Shown: in pieces, positions 41,065 to 51,510 of the stretch
Layout: every line of letters starts with the position of its first letter
Numbering within the stretch: the first letter of the stretch is position 1
Assembly (NCBI GenBank): GCA_963701095.1
Contig: OY969564.1
Location: 96,001 to 160,000, forward strand
Source: an uncultured Methanoregulaceae archaeon
GTDB lineage: Archaea; Halobacteriota; Methanomicrobia; Methanomicrobiales; Methanospirillaceae
DNA: 64,000 nucleotides
Direction of reading: 5' to 3'
The notes under the pieces: generated by a model
What the model saw: the letters and a program-made list of their open reading frames with translations, nothing else
Databases searched by the model: none
Told to the model about the DNA's origin: nothing
Made by a program: the position numbers and the translations under genes

Positions 41065-41232
41065 ATGCAATCATTCTCGTGCAAAAGACACAACAAATTC
41101 CCTGATTGTTTGAAACCCGATCATAATTTGGCCCTGGTTCGGTGTATAGGAAAAGACTGCGAGGAATGGAGAGACGGCCCTATTTATTGTCCCCATCTTG
41201 TGAGGGTGGAAAATGGAAGAAGGGTGAATTAA
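41065..41232 (+). CDS. 55-aa Cys-rich microprotein (not in the ORF track)
   Basis: MQSFSCKRHNKFPDCLKPDHNLALVRCIGKDCEEWRDGPIYCPHL... Confidence 0.45.
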   Translation: MQSFSCKRHNKFPDCLKPDHNLALVRCIGKDCEEWRDGPIYCPHLVRVENGRRVN

Positions 41233-41250
41233 CTAATCTTCATATCCGCG

Positions 41251-41889
41251 TTACAGCGGAATATCCCGAGGTAACACATCTATTTTTTTGATATATGGTT
41301 CCGTTTTTACGATAACGTGTATCCCTGCCAGATCAGGATTCGATTCGATTTGATACTTACTACCGTAATATAACCAGAACTTCAGGTCAACCCCAGATTT
41401 TTTTAATTTATTAACCGATCTTTTCCGGTAAGAGGAATCTATTTCAATCACGGCGATTTTCTGTTCCTTATAACGATAAATGACATCAATACCCCCGCCC
41501 CTGCTTTTCCCGTTCTTATCGATACTCAATTTTTTTACTCCAAATTCTTTTTTACCCTCCATATGGAGTTCCCCGGCAGCATTCTTAACCAAATCCTGAA
41601 TTTTATTGTGAAATGCCAGATCATTTTTCATACCATGTTCTTTTCTTATCTGGACAGCTTCATCGAAGCATCTAATCAACACTTTCTCAATATCATGCCA
41701 AGTGAAACTCGGATAGGGAAGGTGTCTATTGTCAGCCAGATCCATATCAAAGGGTTCTGAAGGTGACATAATTGTTCTTTTTAAGAGGAACGAACATAAA
41801 ACATGTACCGTGCGGCGTGAAAATGAAAAATCGCGATCGTACAGCGCGTCTATAAATACATTACGGATTACAATAATGCATCGCAACAA
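41251..41889 (-). CDS. PD-(D/E)XK-like nuclease (start probably ~41769)
   Basis: EF......GGIDV.....AVIEIDSS.R..SV.KL. Confidence 0.55.
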   Translation of the reverse strand: MLRCIIVIRNVFIDALYDRDFSFSRRTVHVLCSFLLKRTIMSPSEPFDMDLADNRHLPYPSFTWHDIEKVLIRCFDEAVQIRKEHGMKNDLAFHNKIQDLVKNAAGELHMEGKKEFGVKKLSIDKNGKSRGGGIDVIYRYKEQKIAVIEIDSSYRKRSVNKLKKSGVDLKFWLYYGSKYQIESNPDLAGIHVIVKTEPYIKKIDVLPRDIPL

Positions 41890-41974
41890 TTCTTTTTTAA
41901 ATTGCGCGAAGAATCATCGTTTGAACAATACATCAACATCGAAATTTATTAATAATGTAATACATATTGTATAC

Positions 41975-42050
41975 ATAGTGAGTAAGTCCTTCCCGAAAAG
42001 GATGATGCCACCTTGAGGTGGATGGGACGAAGTAGGGAAGGGGTCACTAT
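41975..42050 (-). ncRNA. Structured RNA directly 3' of the DUF3800 gene
   Basis: Nested inverted repeats ATAGTGA/TCACTAT, CCTTCCC/GGGAAGG, CCACC/GGTGG; GC-rich patch in AT-rich DNA. Confidence 0.6.
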
Positions 42051-42706
42051 CGTTTCTGAATCCCCCTGAAAAAATCAAGTTCGATTCGTATCTTTTCATC
42101 GATAATGTTGAAATACGTATCATCATTCTCGCGATAATAGTAATGCAGTGCACCTGCGATAAAATCGACCGCTTGTATACAAGGTTCGCATGCTGAATCT
42201 GTATGGCTGATTTGGATAACCGGCATCTGAAAATCACTTGTCGATTTTTTCTCCATTTCATCCATCGTTTTGAATACAACATATTGATTAAAGGCCTCTC
42301 GTTGGATGCCATTTAACGATTTATCAACAGTGATCTCTAAATCCCTCTCCTGACTATACCTTTGAACAATTTTTGAAATCATTAGCCCAGTCAAATAATT
42401 ATAGATAATCTGATGTTGTGTCCGTAAATGTGGACGAACCTGATTTTTACGAAGGACACAATAACAAACGTCTACGTTTGATGCTGCAATACACAAGAGA
42501 ATGCGTCTTTTGATTTCAGATCCCGAATTATTGAATTTAAATTCTGGCAGTTCATGATATTTCTTTTTAAGTTTGTTTTTTCTTAATTTAGCAAAGCAAC
42601 GATTGATTGCAAGCGGATCATGCACGATTAGTCCGGCTAGAATAAAGTACTTGGATGACTTCCCTGTGAAGCCCATATCCCCAGACTCGTCGATGTATAT
42701 CTTCAC
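42047..42706 (-). CDS. DUF3800-family protein (RNase H-like)
   Basis: IYIDESGD, EFKF, IQAVDFIAG. Confidence 0.88.
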   Translation of the reverse strand: MKIYIDESGDMGFTGKSSKYFILAGLIVHDPLAINRCFAKLRKNKLKKKYHELPEFKFNNSGSEIKRRILLCIAASNVDVCYCVLRKNQVRPHLRTQHQIIYNYLTGLMISKIVQRYSQERDLEITVDKSLNGIQREAFNQYVVFKTMDEMEKKSTSDFQMPVIQISHTDSACEPCIQAVDFIAGALHYYYRENDDTYFNIIDEKIRIELDFFRGIQKR

Positions 42707-42939
42707 TCGTATAATATGTAGATATCATCTACTATTAGGGGTTACGGTTTTTTTGAACTAAAAAAAACGATTATTAATCCGGCAGCATCATCTTACAGTC
42801 CGGGCAATACTGCCACGGGATCGCGCATGGTTTCTGCGCGTGTTGCAAAGATTATTTCTATTTCCAAAACCTATCAAATAACACGGAAAATTATAATTAC
42901 CCTCCATTTTCAAAATAGGGAATAATTTGAGGAAGTTAC

Positions 42940-43333
42940 ATGAATGGGCTAGCCCAATGCGAAACTCAGATACATCACATTCCTGCTCTTGAATACGATA
43001 GCAATTCTTCATCAGGGTATTTTGTAATGTTACCTGAAGATTACCCGGTTTATATTGCCTATTATGGTATTGCAGGATCGGACCATCTGGATGAACAGTC
43101 AACACTTTTAAAAATACTCATAATGAGTACAGTTGCACCTTATATGTGGGTACCATCTCCACAAGGAATGCAGGGACGCTTGATGCATTGATGGCAATGT
43201 TGCACCTTATATGTGGGTACCATCTCCACAACCACCACCTCAAATCTCTCTTTCTCTCACTCCATTTGGAGAAATCTTTTTAATTGGTTTCGGCTTGTTA
43301 GTGTTGCTTATTCTTGTCAGACGAAAGGGTTGA
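42940..43333 (+). pseudogene. C-terminal fragment of a membrane-anchored protein interrupted by a 67-bp repeat-spacer unit
   Basis: Removing one unit gives ...VAPYMWVPSPQPPPQISLSLTPFGEIFLIGFGLLVLLILVRRKG*. Confidence 0.6.
43132..43231 (+). repeat. Two perfect 33-bp direct repeats around a 34-bp unique insert (CRISPR-like unit)
   Basis: GTTGCACCTTATATGTGGGTACCATCTCCACAA at 43132-64 and 43199-231. Confidence 0.9.
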
Positions 43334-43599
43334 TTATGTGTTTCCGATTCTATAGTGTTTAGGGTTGAAATATAATTCTTCCGATGTGAAAAATCCGAAA
43401 CCTTCATAGACGCAACATTGCTTTTCTGTTTATGCAAATAAAAGGAAAATATGGATGGCTCGTATCCTCCTTCTTTTAATTCAGATTAACAGATGAATTT
43501 GGTAAATATTGTTTACTTCGAATCCCACTCGTTATATTGGGTGGGATATAGACTATTGATTGCAAATTATTATCGTTTTGAATATTGTATAGCGAGTAT

Positions 43600-45802
43600 A
43601 TGATGCCATCCCCTTATTATGCCCATTCTACTGAGAAACAGGATAAGTCGGATTGGCAGCAATTGAAAACTCATTTAACGAATGTCGCTACCCTCACTCG
43701 GAATTTTGCGGACGACTTCAGTGCCGGTGACTTTGCATATGCCAGTGGGATCCTTCATGATATCGGAAAATACTCCCGCGATTTCCAGAAGCGTCTTGAA
43801 GGAGAAAAGATCTCCGTTGACCACTCAACAGCCGGTGCAAGAGAAGCAACCCGGTTATTCAAAGATGATCAGTATGCCGCGGGGCTGATATTTGCCTACC
43901 TTGTTGCCGGTCACCATGGGGGTCTGCTCAATTACGGGAGCGCTGAAAGTGGACTCTGCGAACGGTTGCAGAAAGAAAAAATCCCGGATTATTCTGTATA
44001 CCACACGGAGGTTTCGATTGACACGCAGGCAATCGGGCCTTTCAGGTTACGCCCCTCCCCGCATAAAACCGGCTTCTGTGTCTCATTCTTTACGCGGATG
44101 CTTTACTCCTGCCTTGTGGATGCAGATTCACTCGACACAGAAAAATTCTGTTTTCCTGAAAAATCTTCATCACGTGGGAACTACAAATCGTTTGAGATCC
44201 TGAATAAGAAATTCGAAACTCACATGCAGAAAATTAATTCCGGTGCGGAAGATTCACTCATCAACCGCGAGCGGAAAAATATTTTCGAGCAGTGCGTTCA
44301 GGCCGGCTCGTTTCCTCCCGGAATTTTCAGCCTGACAGTCCCGACCGGTGGAGGGAAGACGCTCTCCTCAATGGCATTTGCGCTTGAACACGTTAAGAAA
44401 AATAATCTCAAAAGGATCTTTTACGTCATCCCGTATACCAGTATTATCGAACAGAATGCCGATGTTTTCCGTGACATTTTCGGGTGGCAGAATGTGCTGG
44501 AGCATCATTGCAATTTTGATCCGGCAACGGTTGATACCGGAGACTTGGATACGGGAAAAGAATCTCTCCGGCTTGCAACCGAGAACTGGGATATGCCAAT
44601 CGTTGTCACGACCAATGTCCAGTTCTTTGATTCGCTCTTCTCTAACAAGAGATCCCGCTGCCGGAAACTGCATAACCTTGCAAAGAGCGTAATCATTCTT
44701 GATGAGGCACAGATGCTCCCAACCGGGTACCTGCTTCCCTGTCTTGCCGCATTGTCGGAACTTGTACGCAACTTTGGCGCAACGGTCGTGATTTGTACCG
44801 CAACACAACCGCGATTGGGTGATCTGCTTGACGAGAGGGTCCGGCCCAGAGATCATGCAGTCCCCGGATCAATTGTATGAAACCTTCCAGCGGGTACGGG
44901 TGACGAATCTTGGCCCGCTCAGCGATGCGGAACTTTCTGCCCGGCTGAAAGATCACCGGCAGATCCTGTGTATCGTGAATACCCGGAATCATGCAAAGAA
45001 ATTGTACAATGCGATCAAAGAGTCCGAAAATTGCTATCATCTCAGTGCCCGGATGTGCCCGGTCCATCGCAGGAAAAAGATCGCAGAGATCAAGAATCGG
45101 CTTCGCGAGGGGGAAGACTGCCGGGTCATCTCAACGCAGCTGATCGAAGCCGGTGTCGATATCGATTTCCCCGTTGTGTACCGGACAATGACCGGTATCG
45201 ATTCGGTTGCACAGGCTGCCGGCAGGTGCAACCGTGAAGGGAAATTGCCTGAGAAAGGGGAGGTCTACATTTTCAAATCAACGGAATCTTACGGAAAGGC
45301 GACTTCATGGCAGAGTCTCGTTGCAGAAATTGGCGAGATGACTCTTGCAGGATCGAATGACCCGCTCTCGCTCCCGACCGTAGCGGATTACTTCCGGCGT
45401 TTATATCACTACAAGGGAGATGACGGACTGGACGAGAAAAAAATCCTGCGCCAGCTCGAAGAGCGGTCTGGTGAACTTGCATTCCCGTTTGAGGATATCG
45501 CGGATAAATTTCAGATAATCGAGGAGGGGACTAAAGACCTGATCATACCCTATGGCAAACACGCCACGGAAACGATTGCAAAATTACGCGCAGCAGAATT
45601 TCCCTGGAAATTCGTACGGGAACTCCAGGGGTATTCAGTCAGTATCTATCCCAATGAATTCCGGAATATGGAACGGATGAATCTGATTGAAACGATTGGC
45701 GACCGGTTTTATGTATTGCGATCCTGTGAGGATTATTCCGATGAAACAGGATTGAAACTCCGGCAGTATACCGGTTACGATGGATCATTGTTGATTACGT
45801 AA
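43600..45802 (+). CDS. cas3: Cas3 helicase-nuclease (frameshift near 44845)
   Basis: HD domain LHDIGK, GHHGG, DAD; PTGGGKT, DEAQ, TAT, QAAGRCNR. Confidence 0.93.
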
Positions 45803-45806
45803 GGAG

Positions 45807-46475
45807 GTGGTGAATATCGGATTTGGTATTAAACTCAAAGTCTGGGGCGACTACGCCTGCTTCACGCGCCCCGAGATGAAAGTCGAGCGGGTCAGTTACG
45901 ATGTGATGACCCCTTCAGCTGCCCGGGGGATTCTTGAAGCAATTTACTGGAAGCCGGCGATAACCTGGGAGATTGACCGGATTCATGTGATGAAGCCGGT
46001 GAAATTTGACAACATCAGAAGGAACGAAGTGCTGGGAAAGATTCCGCTTGCCCAAGTGAAAAGTGCTTTTTCAGGGAAAGAGGCGGTTCTCTTCAAGGAT
46101 TCAAACGATGATCGGGTTCAGCGTGCATCAATGGTTCTCCGCGATGTCGAGTATTACATTGAAGCCCACTTCAACATGACCGACAAAAAAGGACCCGATG
46201 ATACCATTGAGAAGCATTACAACATTGCCCTCCGCAGGATGCGGAAAGGTCAGTGTTTCCACCACCCGTATTTCGGGTGCCGCGAGTTCCCCGTTCAGTT
46301 CGAGTTCATTGAGGGAGAGATCCCCCTGTCGGATCTGAAAGGGAAAAAGGATCTCGGGCTCATGCTCTGGGACATTAATTTTGCCGACAACATGAACCCG
46401 GTTTTCTTCCGGGCGGAGATGAACGATGGCATGATCGATGTGCAGAAGTGCCTCAGGGGAGGTGTTCACTCGTGA
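45807..46475 (+). CDS. cas5: Cas5 (type I-C, Cas5d)
   Basis: GDYACFTRPEMKVERVSYDVMTPSAARG, PYFGCREF. Confidence 0.95.
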   Translation: MVNIGFGIKLKVWGDYACFTRPEMKVERVSYDVMTPSAARGILEAIYWKPAITWEIDRIHVMKPVKFDNIRRNEVLGKIPLAQVKSAFSGKEAVLFKDSNDDRVQRASMVLRDVEYYIEAHFNMTDKKGPDDTIEKHYNIALRRMRKGQCFHHPYFGCREFPVQFEFIEGEIPLSDLKGKKDLGLMLWDINFADNMNPVFFRAEMNDGMIDVQKCLRGGVHS

Positions 46476-48364
46476 TTGTCGAGTCCCTTGTCCGGTATTA
46501 CGATATCCTGGCAGCGGATGAGACAGTTAAGATCTCCAAACCGGGTTACAGCCAAGCAAATGTTTCCTTTGCGCTGGTTATCTCAAAGGATGGAGAACTT
46601 ACAAATATTGTCGATCTCCGTACTGATGGAAAGAAAAAACTTCCAAAGGTAATGACAGTACCCTTGCAAAGGAGTCGCTCTGGAAAGAATCCCCCACCAC
46701 GTTTCCTCTGTGACAAATGCGAATACATCTTTGGAATTGAGAGCTTGAAACCTGATGAATTCAGGAAAAAAATGGATGCATCGTCGCATGAGATCGAGAT
46801 TCTTGACCAAACTCAAAAATCTATGATTGTGGTTTCGCCACGATCTCGTGAATATTTCAGTAAGTTTCGAACACTCCATCATTCTTTGCTGGACCATCAG
46901 ACGGATCCTGAAGTTCAGATATTCCTTAAATTTATGGATGGATGGAAACCGGAATTATCACTACAGCATCCAAAAATTGCCGAATATGAGGAAGAAATTT
47001 TGGCGGGTGTATTCTTTGTCTTCGATATTGGAGGAAAATACATTCATCAGAACCCGGTTGTCCGACAGATATGGGAATCTCGCAATTCTCTATTAGACAG
47101 TACAGACTCAGTGGAATGTTCCCAGTGCCTTGTCACAGGTAAACATGAACCCATTGCCCGGACTCATCAGAAAATTAAAGGTGTCTATAATCCACAAGGT
47201 CAGATTTCCGAAATGTCTCTTGTTAGTTTTAATGATCCCGCTTTTGAATCCTATGGGAAAGATCAGAGTTACAACGCCCCAATCAGCGAATCGGCGATGT
47301 TCAAGTACACAACAGCACTGAATTATCTTCTTGAACGGGAGAGCAAGAACCGGATCCAGATCGGTAACACGACAACAGTCTTCTGGGCCGAAACCACGAA
47401 GAAAAACTGCGGGAATCTCGCCCGGTTCTTTATCGATCCTGTTGAGACCCCCGAAGAACCCGGTGAAACCAAAAGCGAAGTAAAAAAACAGGATCTCCAG
47501 ACCCGCCAGCTGGTCAACGATATCCTCCAGAAAGTCCGTACCGGGCAGCATCTGGAAGAAAAAGATCTTGGCGTGGACCCGGACAAAACAAAATTCTACA
47601 TTCTTGGTCTGGCACCGAACAATGCCCGGCTCGCTGTCCGTTTCTGGCATGAGGACAGTTTCGGGAATTTTATCGCCCGTGTTGCACGTCATCATCTCGA
47701 CATGGAGATCGAACGGGATGATCGCGGGCCACAATTTATCTCCGTGTACTGGCTCCTGAAACAGACCGTCCCCCAGAATTCCAGTGACAATGCATCATCG
47801 CCCCTTCTCGGGGGGCTCCTGATGCGTTCGATTCTTGAGAACACACTTTACCCGGTGCCGATGTACAACGCGATCCTGAACCGGGTGAAAGTCGAGCGAT
47901 CGATTAATTATGCCCGGGCCGGCTTCATCAAGGCCTGCCTGATCCGTCTTGCACGAACGAGAGGAAAACATGAAGAGGATATGATTACCGTGAGTCTGAA
48001 CAAAGAGAGCACAAGTGTACCGTACCGCCTCGGAAGATTGTTTGCGGTGCTGGAGAAAGCGCAGAGCGATACGAACAAGGAACTGAAGAGCACGATCACG
48101 AGCAAGTACTTCAGCAGTGCATCGACAACGCCGTCCGTTGTGTTCCCGGTCCTGCTGAAACTGGCCCAGCATCACATTGCCAAATCGGACTGGGGCTTCA
48201 AATCGAACCAGTGGATCGTGGAAGTGCTTGATGGCGTTGATAAATTCCCGGCGTACCTGAACCAGGAAGAGCAGGGGATGTTCATGCTCGGGTACTATCA
48301 CCAGAAAAAGGCGTTTTTCAAGAAGAAAGAGAACAGCGAGGAAAAGAAGGAGGAAGATCAATGA
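46472..48364 (+). CDS. cas8c: Cas8c/Csd1 large subunit
   Basis: CLVTG, SLVSFN..AFESYG, LAPNNARLAVRF, YRLGRLFAVLE. Confidence 0.95.
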   Translation: MIVESLVRYYDILAADETVKISKPGYSQANVSFALVISKDGELTNIVDLRTDGKKKLPKVMTVPLQRSRSGKNPPPRFLCDKCEYIFGIESLKPDEFRKKMDASSHEIEILDQTQKSMIVVSPRSREYFSKFRTLHHSLLDHQTDPEVQIFLKFMDGWKPELSLQHPKIAEYEEEILAGVFFVFDIGGKYIHQNPVVRQIWESRNSLLDSTDSVECSQCLVTGKHEPIARTHQKIKGVYNPQGQISEMSLVSFNDPAFESYGKDQSYNAPISESAMFKYTTALNYLLERESKNRIQIGNTTTVFWAETTKKNCGNLARFFIDPVETPEEPGETKSEVKKQDLQTRQLVNDILQKVRTGQHLEEKDLGVDPDKTKFYILGLAPNNARLAVRFWHEDSFGNFIARVARHHLDMEIERDDRGPQFISVYWLLKQTVPQNSSDNASSPLLGGLLMRSILENTLYPVPMYNAILNRVKVERSINYARAGFIKACLIRLARTRGKHEEDMITVSLNKESTSVPYRLGRLFAVLEKAQSDTNKELKSTITSKYFSSASTTPSVVFPVLLKLAQHHIAKSDWGFKSNQWIVEVLDGVDKFPAYLNQEEQGMFMLGYYHQKKAFFKKKENSEEKKEEDQ

Positions 48365-49212
48365 GCGAACCAATCAAGAACCGGTACGAATTTGTATTGT
48401 TATTCGATGTCGAGAACGGGAACCCGAACGGCGATCCCGATATGGGGAACATGCCCCGGGTCGATCCACAGACCGGCTACGGGATCGTGACCGATGTCTG
48501 CCTCAAGCGGAAGATCCGTGATTATGTTGACATGGTAAAAGAAGGGAAAGAGGGCTACGACATCTATGTGAAAGATGGTGTTGTGCTCAACGAACAGCAC
48601 ACAAAAGCATATGCTGCCCTCAAGAGGAAGCCTGACTCGAAGAAGCCCAAGGATGAAGAACTTACAAAATTCATGTGCCAGAACTTTTTCGATATCCGTG
48701 CTTTTGGTGCGGTCATGACAACTGATGTAAACTGCGGTCAGGTTCGCGGCCCTGTTCAGCTAAATTTTGCCCGAAGCCAGGACCCGATCTTCCAGCAGGA
48801 AGTAACAATTACAAGGCAGGCCGTGGCAAATGCGAAGGATGCCGAGAAAGGCCAGACAATGGGCAAGAAACAGATTGTCCCCTACGGCCTGTACCGTGTT
48901 GAGGGTTATGTATCTGCAAATCTCGCAAAGAAAACTACCGGCTTCTCCGAAGACGATCTCGCCCTGCTCTGGGAAAGTCTGGTCAACATGTTCGAGCACG
49001 ACCATTCTGCATCCCGGGGGAAACTCTCCGCAAGGAAACTGATCGTCTTCAAGCATGACAGCGAATTCGGGTGCTGCCAGTCTCACATCCTGTTCGACAA
49101 AGTGAAGATCGAGACGATCCCAAAAGATCTCCCGCCTCGCTCATTTGGGGATTACAAAGTCACCGTAGACAAGAACGTACCCAAAGGAGTAGAAATCATC
49201 GAAAAGTTATGA
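48361..49212 (+). CDS. cas7: Cas7/Csd2
   Basis: NGNPNGDPD..N.PR, FFDIRAFGAV, GQVRGPVQ. Confidence 0.96.
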   Translation: MSEPIKNRYEFVLLFDVENGNPNGDPDMGNMPRVDPQTGYGIVTDVCLKRKIRDYVDMVKEGKEGYDIYVKDGVVLNEQHTKAYAALKRKPDSKKPKDEELTKFMCQNFFDIRAFGAVMTTDVNCGQVRGPVQLNFARSQDPIFQQEVTITRQAVANAKDAEKGQTMGKKQIVPYGLYRVEGYVSANLAKKTTGFSEDDLALLWESLVNMFEHDHSASRGKLSARKLIVFKHDSEFGCCQSHILFDKVKIETIPKDLPPRSFGDYKVTVDKNVPKGVEIIEKL

Positions 49213-49895
49213 GCGGACTTCCCTACACCGATGACGAGCTGCTCTCGTTATCCGGTATCCAGCATTTTTGTTTCTGCAAGCGGCAGTGGGCGCTAATCCA
49301 TGTCGAGCAGCAGTGGCAGGAAAATCTCCGCACGCAGGAAGGGCGGTTCGTTCATGAACGGGTCGATGATCCATTCTTCAACGAGTCTCGGGGCGATATC
49401 GTCATCTCACGGGCATTTCCCTTGGTCTCGTATACGCTGGGACTGACCGGTATTGCGGATGTGATCGAGAATACCCGGTCGGATGCGGGAATCTCAATTC
49501 CGGATCATGAAGGCCTCTGGCTGATGAAACCCGTAGAGTACAAACGGGGAAAGCCGAAGATCGATGAGCGCGACGAGGTCCAGCTCTGTGCACAGGTAAT
49601 GTGTCTTGAGGAGATGCTCGGCATTCAGATTGACTCCGCCGATTTCTATTACAACGAAATCCGCAGGAGACAACATATTGCCATCACGGACGATCTGCGC
49701 AGCACGGTACGATCGCTGGCCGATGAAATGCATACGGTTTTCCGGAACGGGATTACGCCGGAAGCGGAAGCCGGGAAGAACTGTGCCCTCTGTTCTCTTG
49801 TCGATATATGTGTCCCGAAACTGACAAAGAAGAAAAGTCCGGTACGGAAATACATCGGGAGACATATCCGGGAGGCGTGCGCGCTTGACCAGTGA
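49209..49895 (+). CDS. cas4: Cas4
   Basis: LSGIQHF.FCKRQWALIH, PVEYKRG, QLCAQ, C..CS...C. Confidence 0.94.
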   Translation: MSGLPYTDDELLSLSGIQHFCFCKRQWALIHVEQQWQENLRTQEGRFVHERVDDPFFNESRGDIVISRAFPLVSYTLGLTGIADVIENTRSDAGISIPDHEGLWLMKPVEYKRGKPKIDERDEVQLCAQVMCLEEMLGIQIDSADFYYNEIRRRQHIAITDDLRSTVRSLADEMHTVFRNGITPEAEAGKNCALCSLVDICVPKLTKKKSPVRKYIGRHIREACALDQ

Positions 49896-49946
49896 GTACC
49901 AGCCGCAGGTGGCCGGAATCCGATACCATCAACGAGAGAGGATGAA

Positions 49947-50978
49947 ATGAGAAAATTGCTCAACACTCTGTATGTCACGACACCCGACTCCTTCCTGCAC
50001 CGTGACGGCGAGAATGTTATCGTGAAGGTCGGTAGCGATGAGCGTTTCAGGATTCCCATTCATAACATCGAAGGGATTGTCTGTTTTGGCTACATGGGAG
50101 CGAGCCCCCAGCTGATGCAGTTGTGCACGGACAATAATGTCGGGCTTTCGTTTCTCACACCCTATGGAAAATTTATGGGTCGGGTGAATGGTCGCATACG
50201 GGGAAATGTTCTGCTCAGGCGCACCCAGTACCGTATTGCTGACGACTCAGGGGCCTCACTGGATATCGCCAGGTGTTTCATTACAGCAAAGATCGTCAAC
50301 TGCCGGACAGTTCTTGGGAGAAGCATCCGGGATCATGGCGATACAATCCGGTGCGAAACCATCAGGAATGCGGATAATCTCCTGATCGAGAACCTGTCGA
50401 AGATTGAGGAGTGTCCCAACGCCGATGCGTTGCGGGGCCTTGAAGGGAACTGCGCAAAATTCTATTTCGATGTGATGGACGAACTGATCCTCAAACAGAA
50501 AGATGCGTTCTTTGTCCGCGAAAGAAACCGGCGCCCTCCCCGAGATAATATGAATGCCCTTCTCTCATTTCTCTATACGCTCCTTGCCCACGATGTGGAA
50601 TCAGCACTGGAGACAGTCGGCCTCGATCCGTATGTCGGGTTCTTCCATACTGACCGGCCCGGACGGGCAAGCCTTGCGCTTGACATGATGGAGGAATTCC
50701 GGCCGTTTATTGCGGACCGTCTTGCGCTGAGCATGGTGAATCTCCAGCAGGTATGCAGGGAGGATTTCCTGCACAAAGAAGGTGGGGGGATCATCCTGAC
50801 CGACAAGGGACGCAAAGCCGTGCTGGGTGCGTGGCAGAAGAGGAAGCAGGACGAGATCACGCATCCGTACCTCAACGAGAAGATTGAAATCGGTCTTTTG
50901 CCGTATATCCAAGCACTGCTGATGGCCCGGTTTCTGCGCGGGGATATCGATGGCTACCCTCCATTCTTCATGAACTGA
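49947..50978 (+). CDS. cas1: Cas1 (type I-C)
   Basis: MRKLLNTLYVT, GNVLLRR.QY, NALLSF.Y, LALDMMEEFR. Confidence 0.97.
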   Translation: MRKLLNTLYVTTPDSFLHRDGENVIVKVGSDERFRIPIHNIEGIVCFGYMGASPQLMQLCTDNNVGLSFLTPYGKFMGRVNGRIRGNVLLRRTQYRIADDSGASLDIARCFITAKIVNCRTVLGRSIRDHGDTIRCETIRNADNLLIENLSKIEECPNADALRGLEGNCAKFYFDVMDELILKQKDAFFVRERNRRPPRDNMNALLSFLYTLLAHDVESALETVGLDPYVGFFHTDRPGRASLALDMMEEFRPFIADRLALSMVNLQQVCREDFLHKEGGGIILTDKGRKAVLGAWQKRKQDEITHPYLNEKIEIGLLPYIQALLMARFLRGDIDGYPPFFMN

Positions 50979-50988
50979 GGTATCGATA

Positions 50989-51279
50989 ATGATGGTTCTT
51001 GTCACCTACGATGTAAATACGGAAACTCCGGAAGGTCGGCGAAGGCTCCGACAGGTTGCGAAAGAGTGCGTGAACTATGGGCAGCGGGTACAGAATTCCG
51101 TCTTCGAATGCCTTGTGGATCCCACCCAGTTTGCAAAGCTTAAACATTCCTTGAACGGGATTATGGATAAGGACCGGGACAGTATCCGGTTTTATTATCT
51201 GGGATCTAACTGGCAGCACCGGGTAGAACATCTGGGAAACAAGATCGGTTATAATCCTGAAGGGTTACTGGTAACCTGA
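50989..51279 (+). CDS. cas2: Cas2
   Basis: VLVTYDV, GQRVQNSVFEC, DSIRFY.LG. Confidence 0.97.
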   Translation: MMVLVTYDVNTETPEGRRRLRQVAKECVNYGQRVQNSVFECLVDPTQFAKLKHSLNGIMDKDRDSIRFYYLGSNWQHRVEHLGNKIGYNPEGLLVT

Positions 51280-51510
51280 TGACTGCGAACTGGGAGCTGC
51301 CATAGTCATCCCTGAAGGTTCGCGGAGAATTTTCGAATCTGTTATTTAATACTTTTTGGTGATTTCCCGAATTTATCGCGAATAATTCGGATTGAGAAGA
51401 GGCGAAACGTCCGGAAAATCCTGTGAAAGATCCAAAATTTTGAACCCGGTTTCTTGTTTAAGAAATGATTATCTGTTTATTCCACCATAAGAATGGTTAG
51501 CTAATTTGCA
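51280..51510 (+). promoter_or_regulatory. CRISPR leader
   Basis: AT-rich, between cas2 and the first repeat; GCGAAC...GTTCGC inverted motif at 51285-51323. Confidence 0.75.

Noticed and set aside
43132..43231. Class 2 (Cas12/Cas13-like GTTG...CAAC) orphan array
   Set aside because: No class 2 effector nearby, and the repeat reads as in-frame coding sequence of the interrupted gene
44819..44880. Naturally split cas3
   Set aside because: Break falls inside the helicase at a C-run rather than at the HD/helicase boundary; likely an indel error
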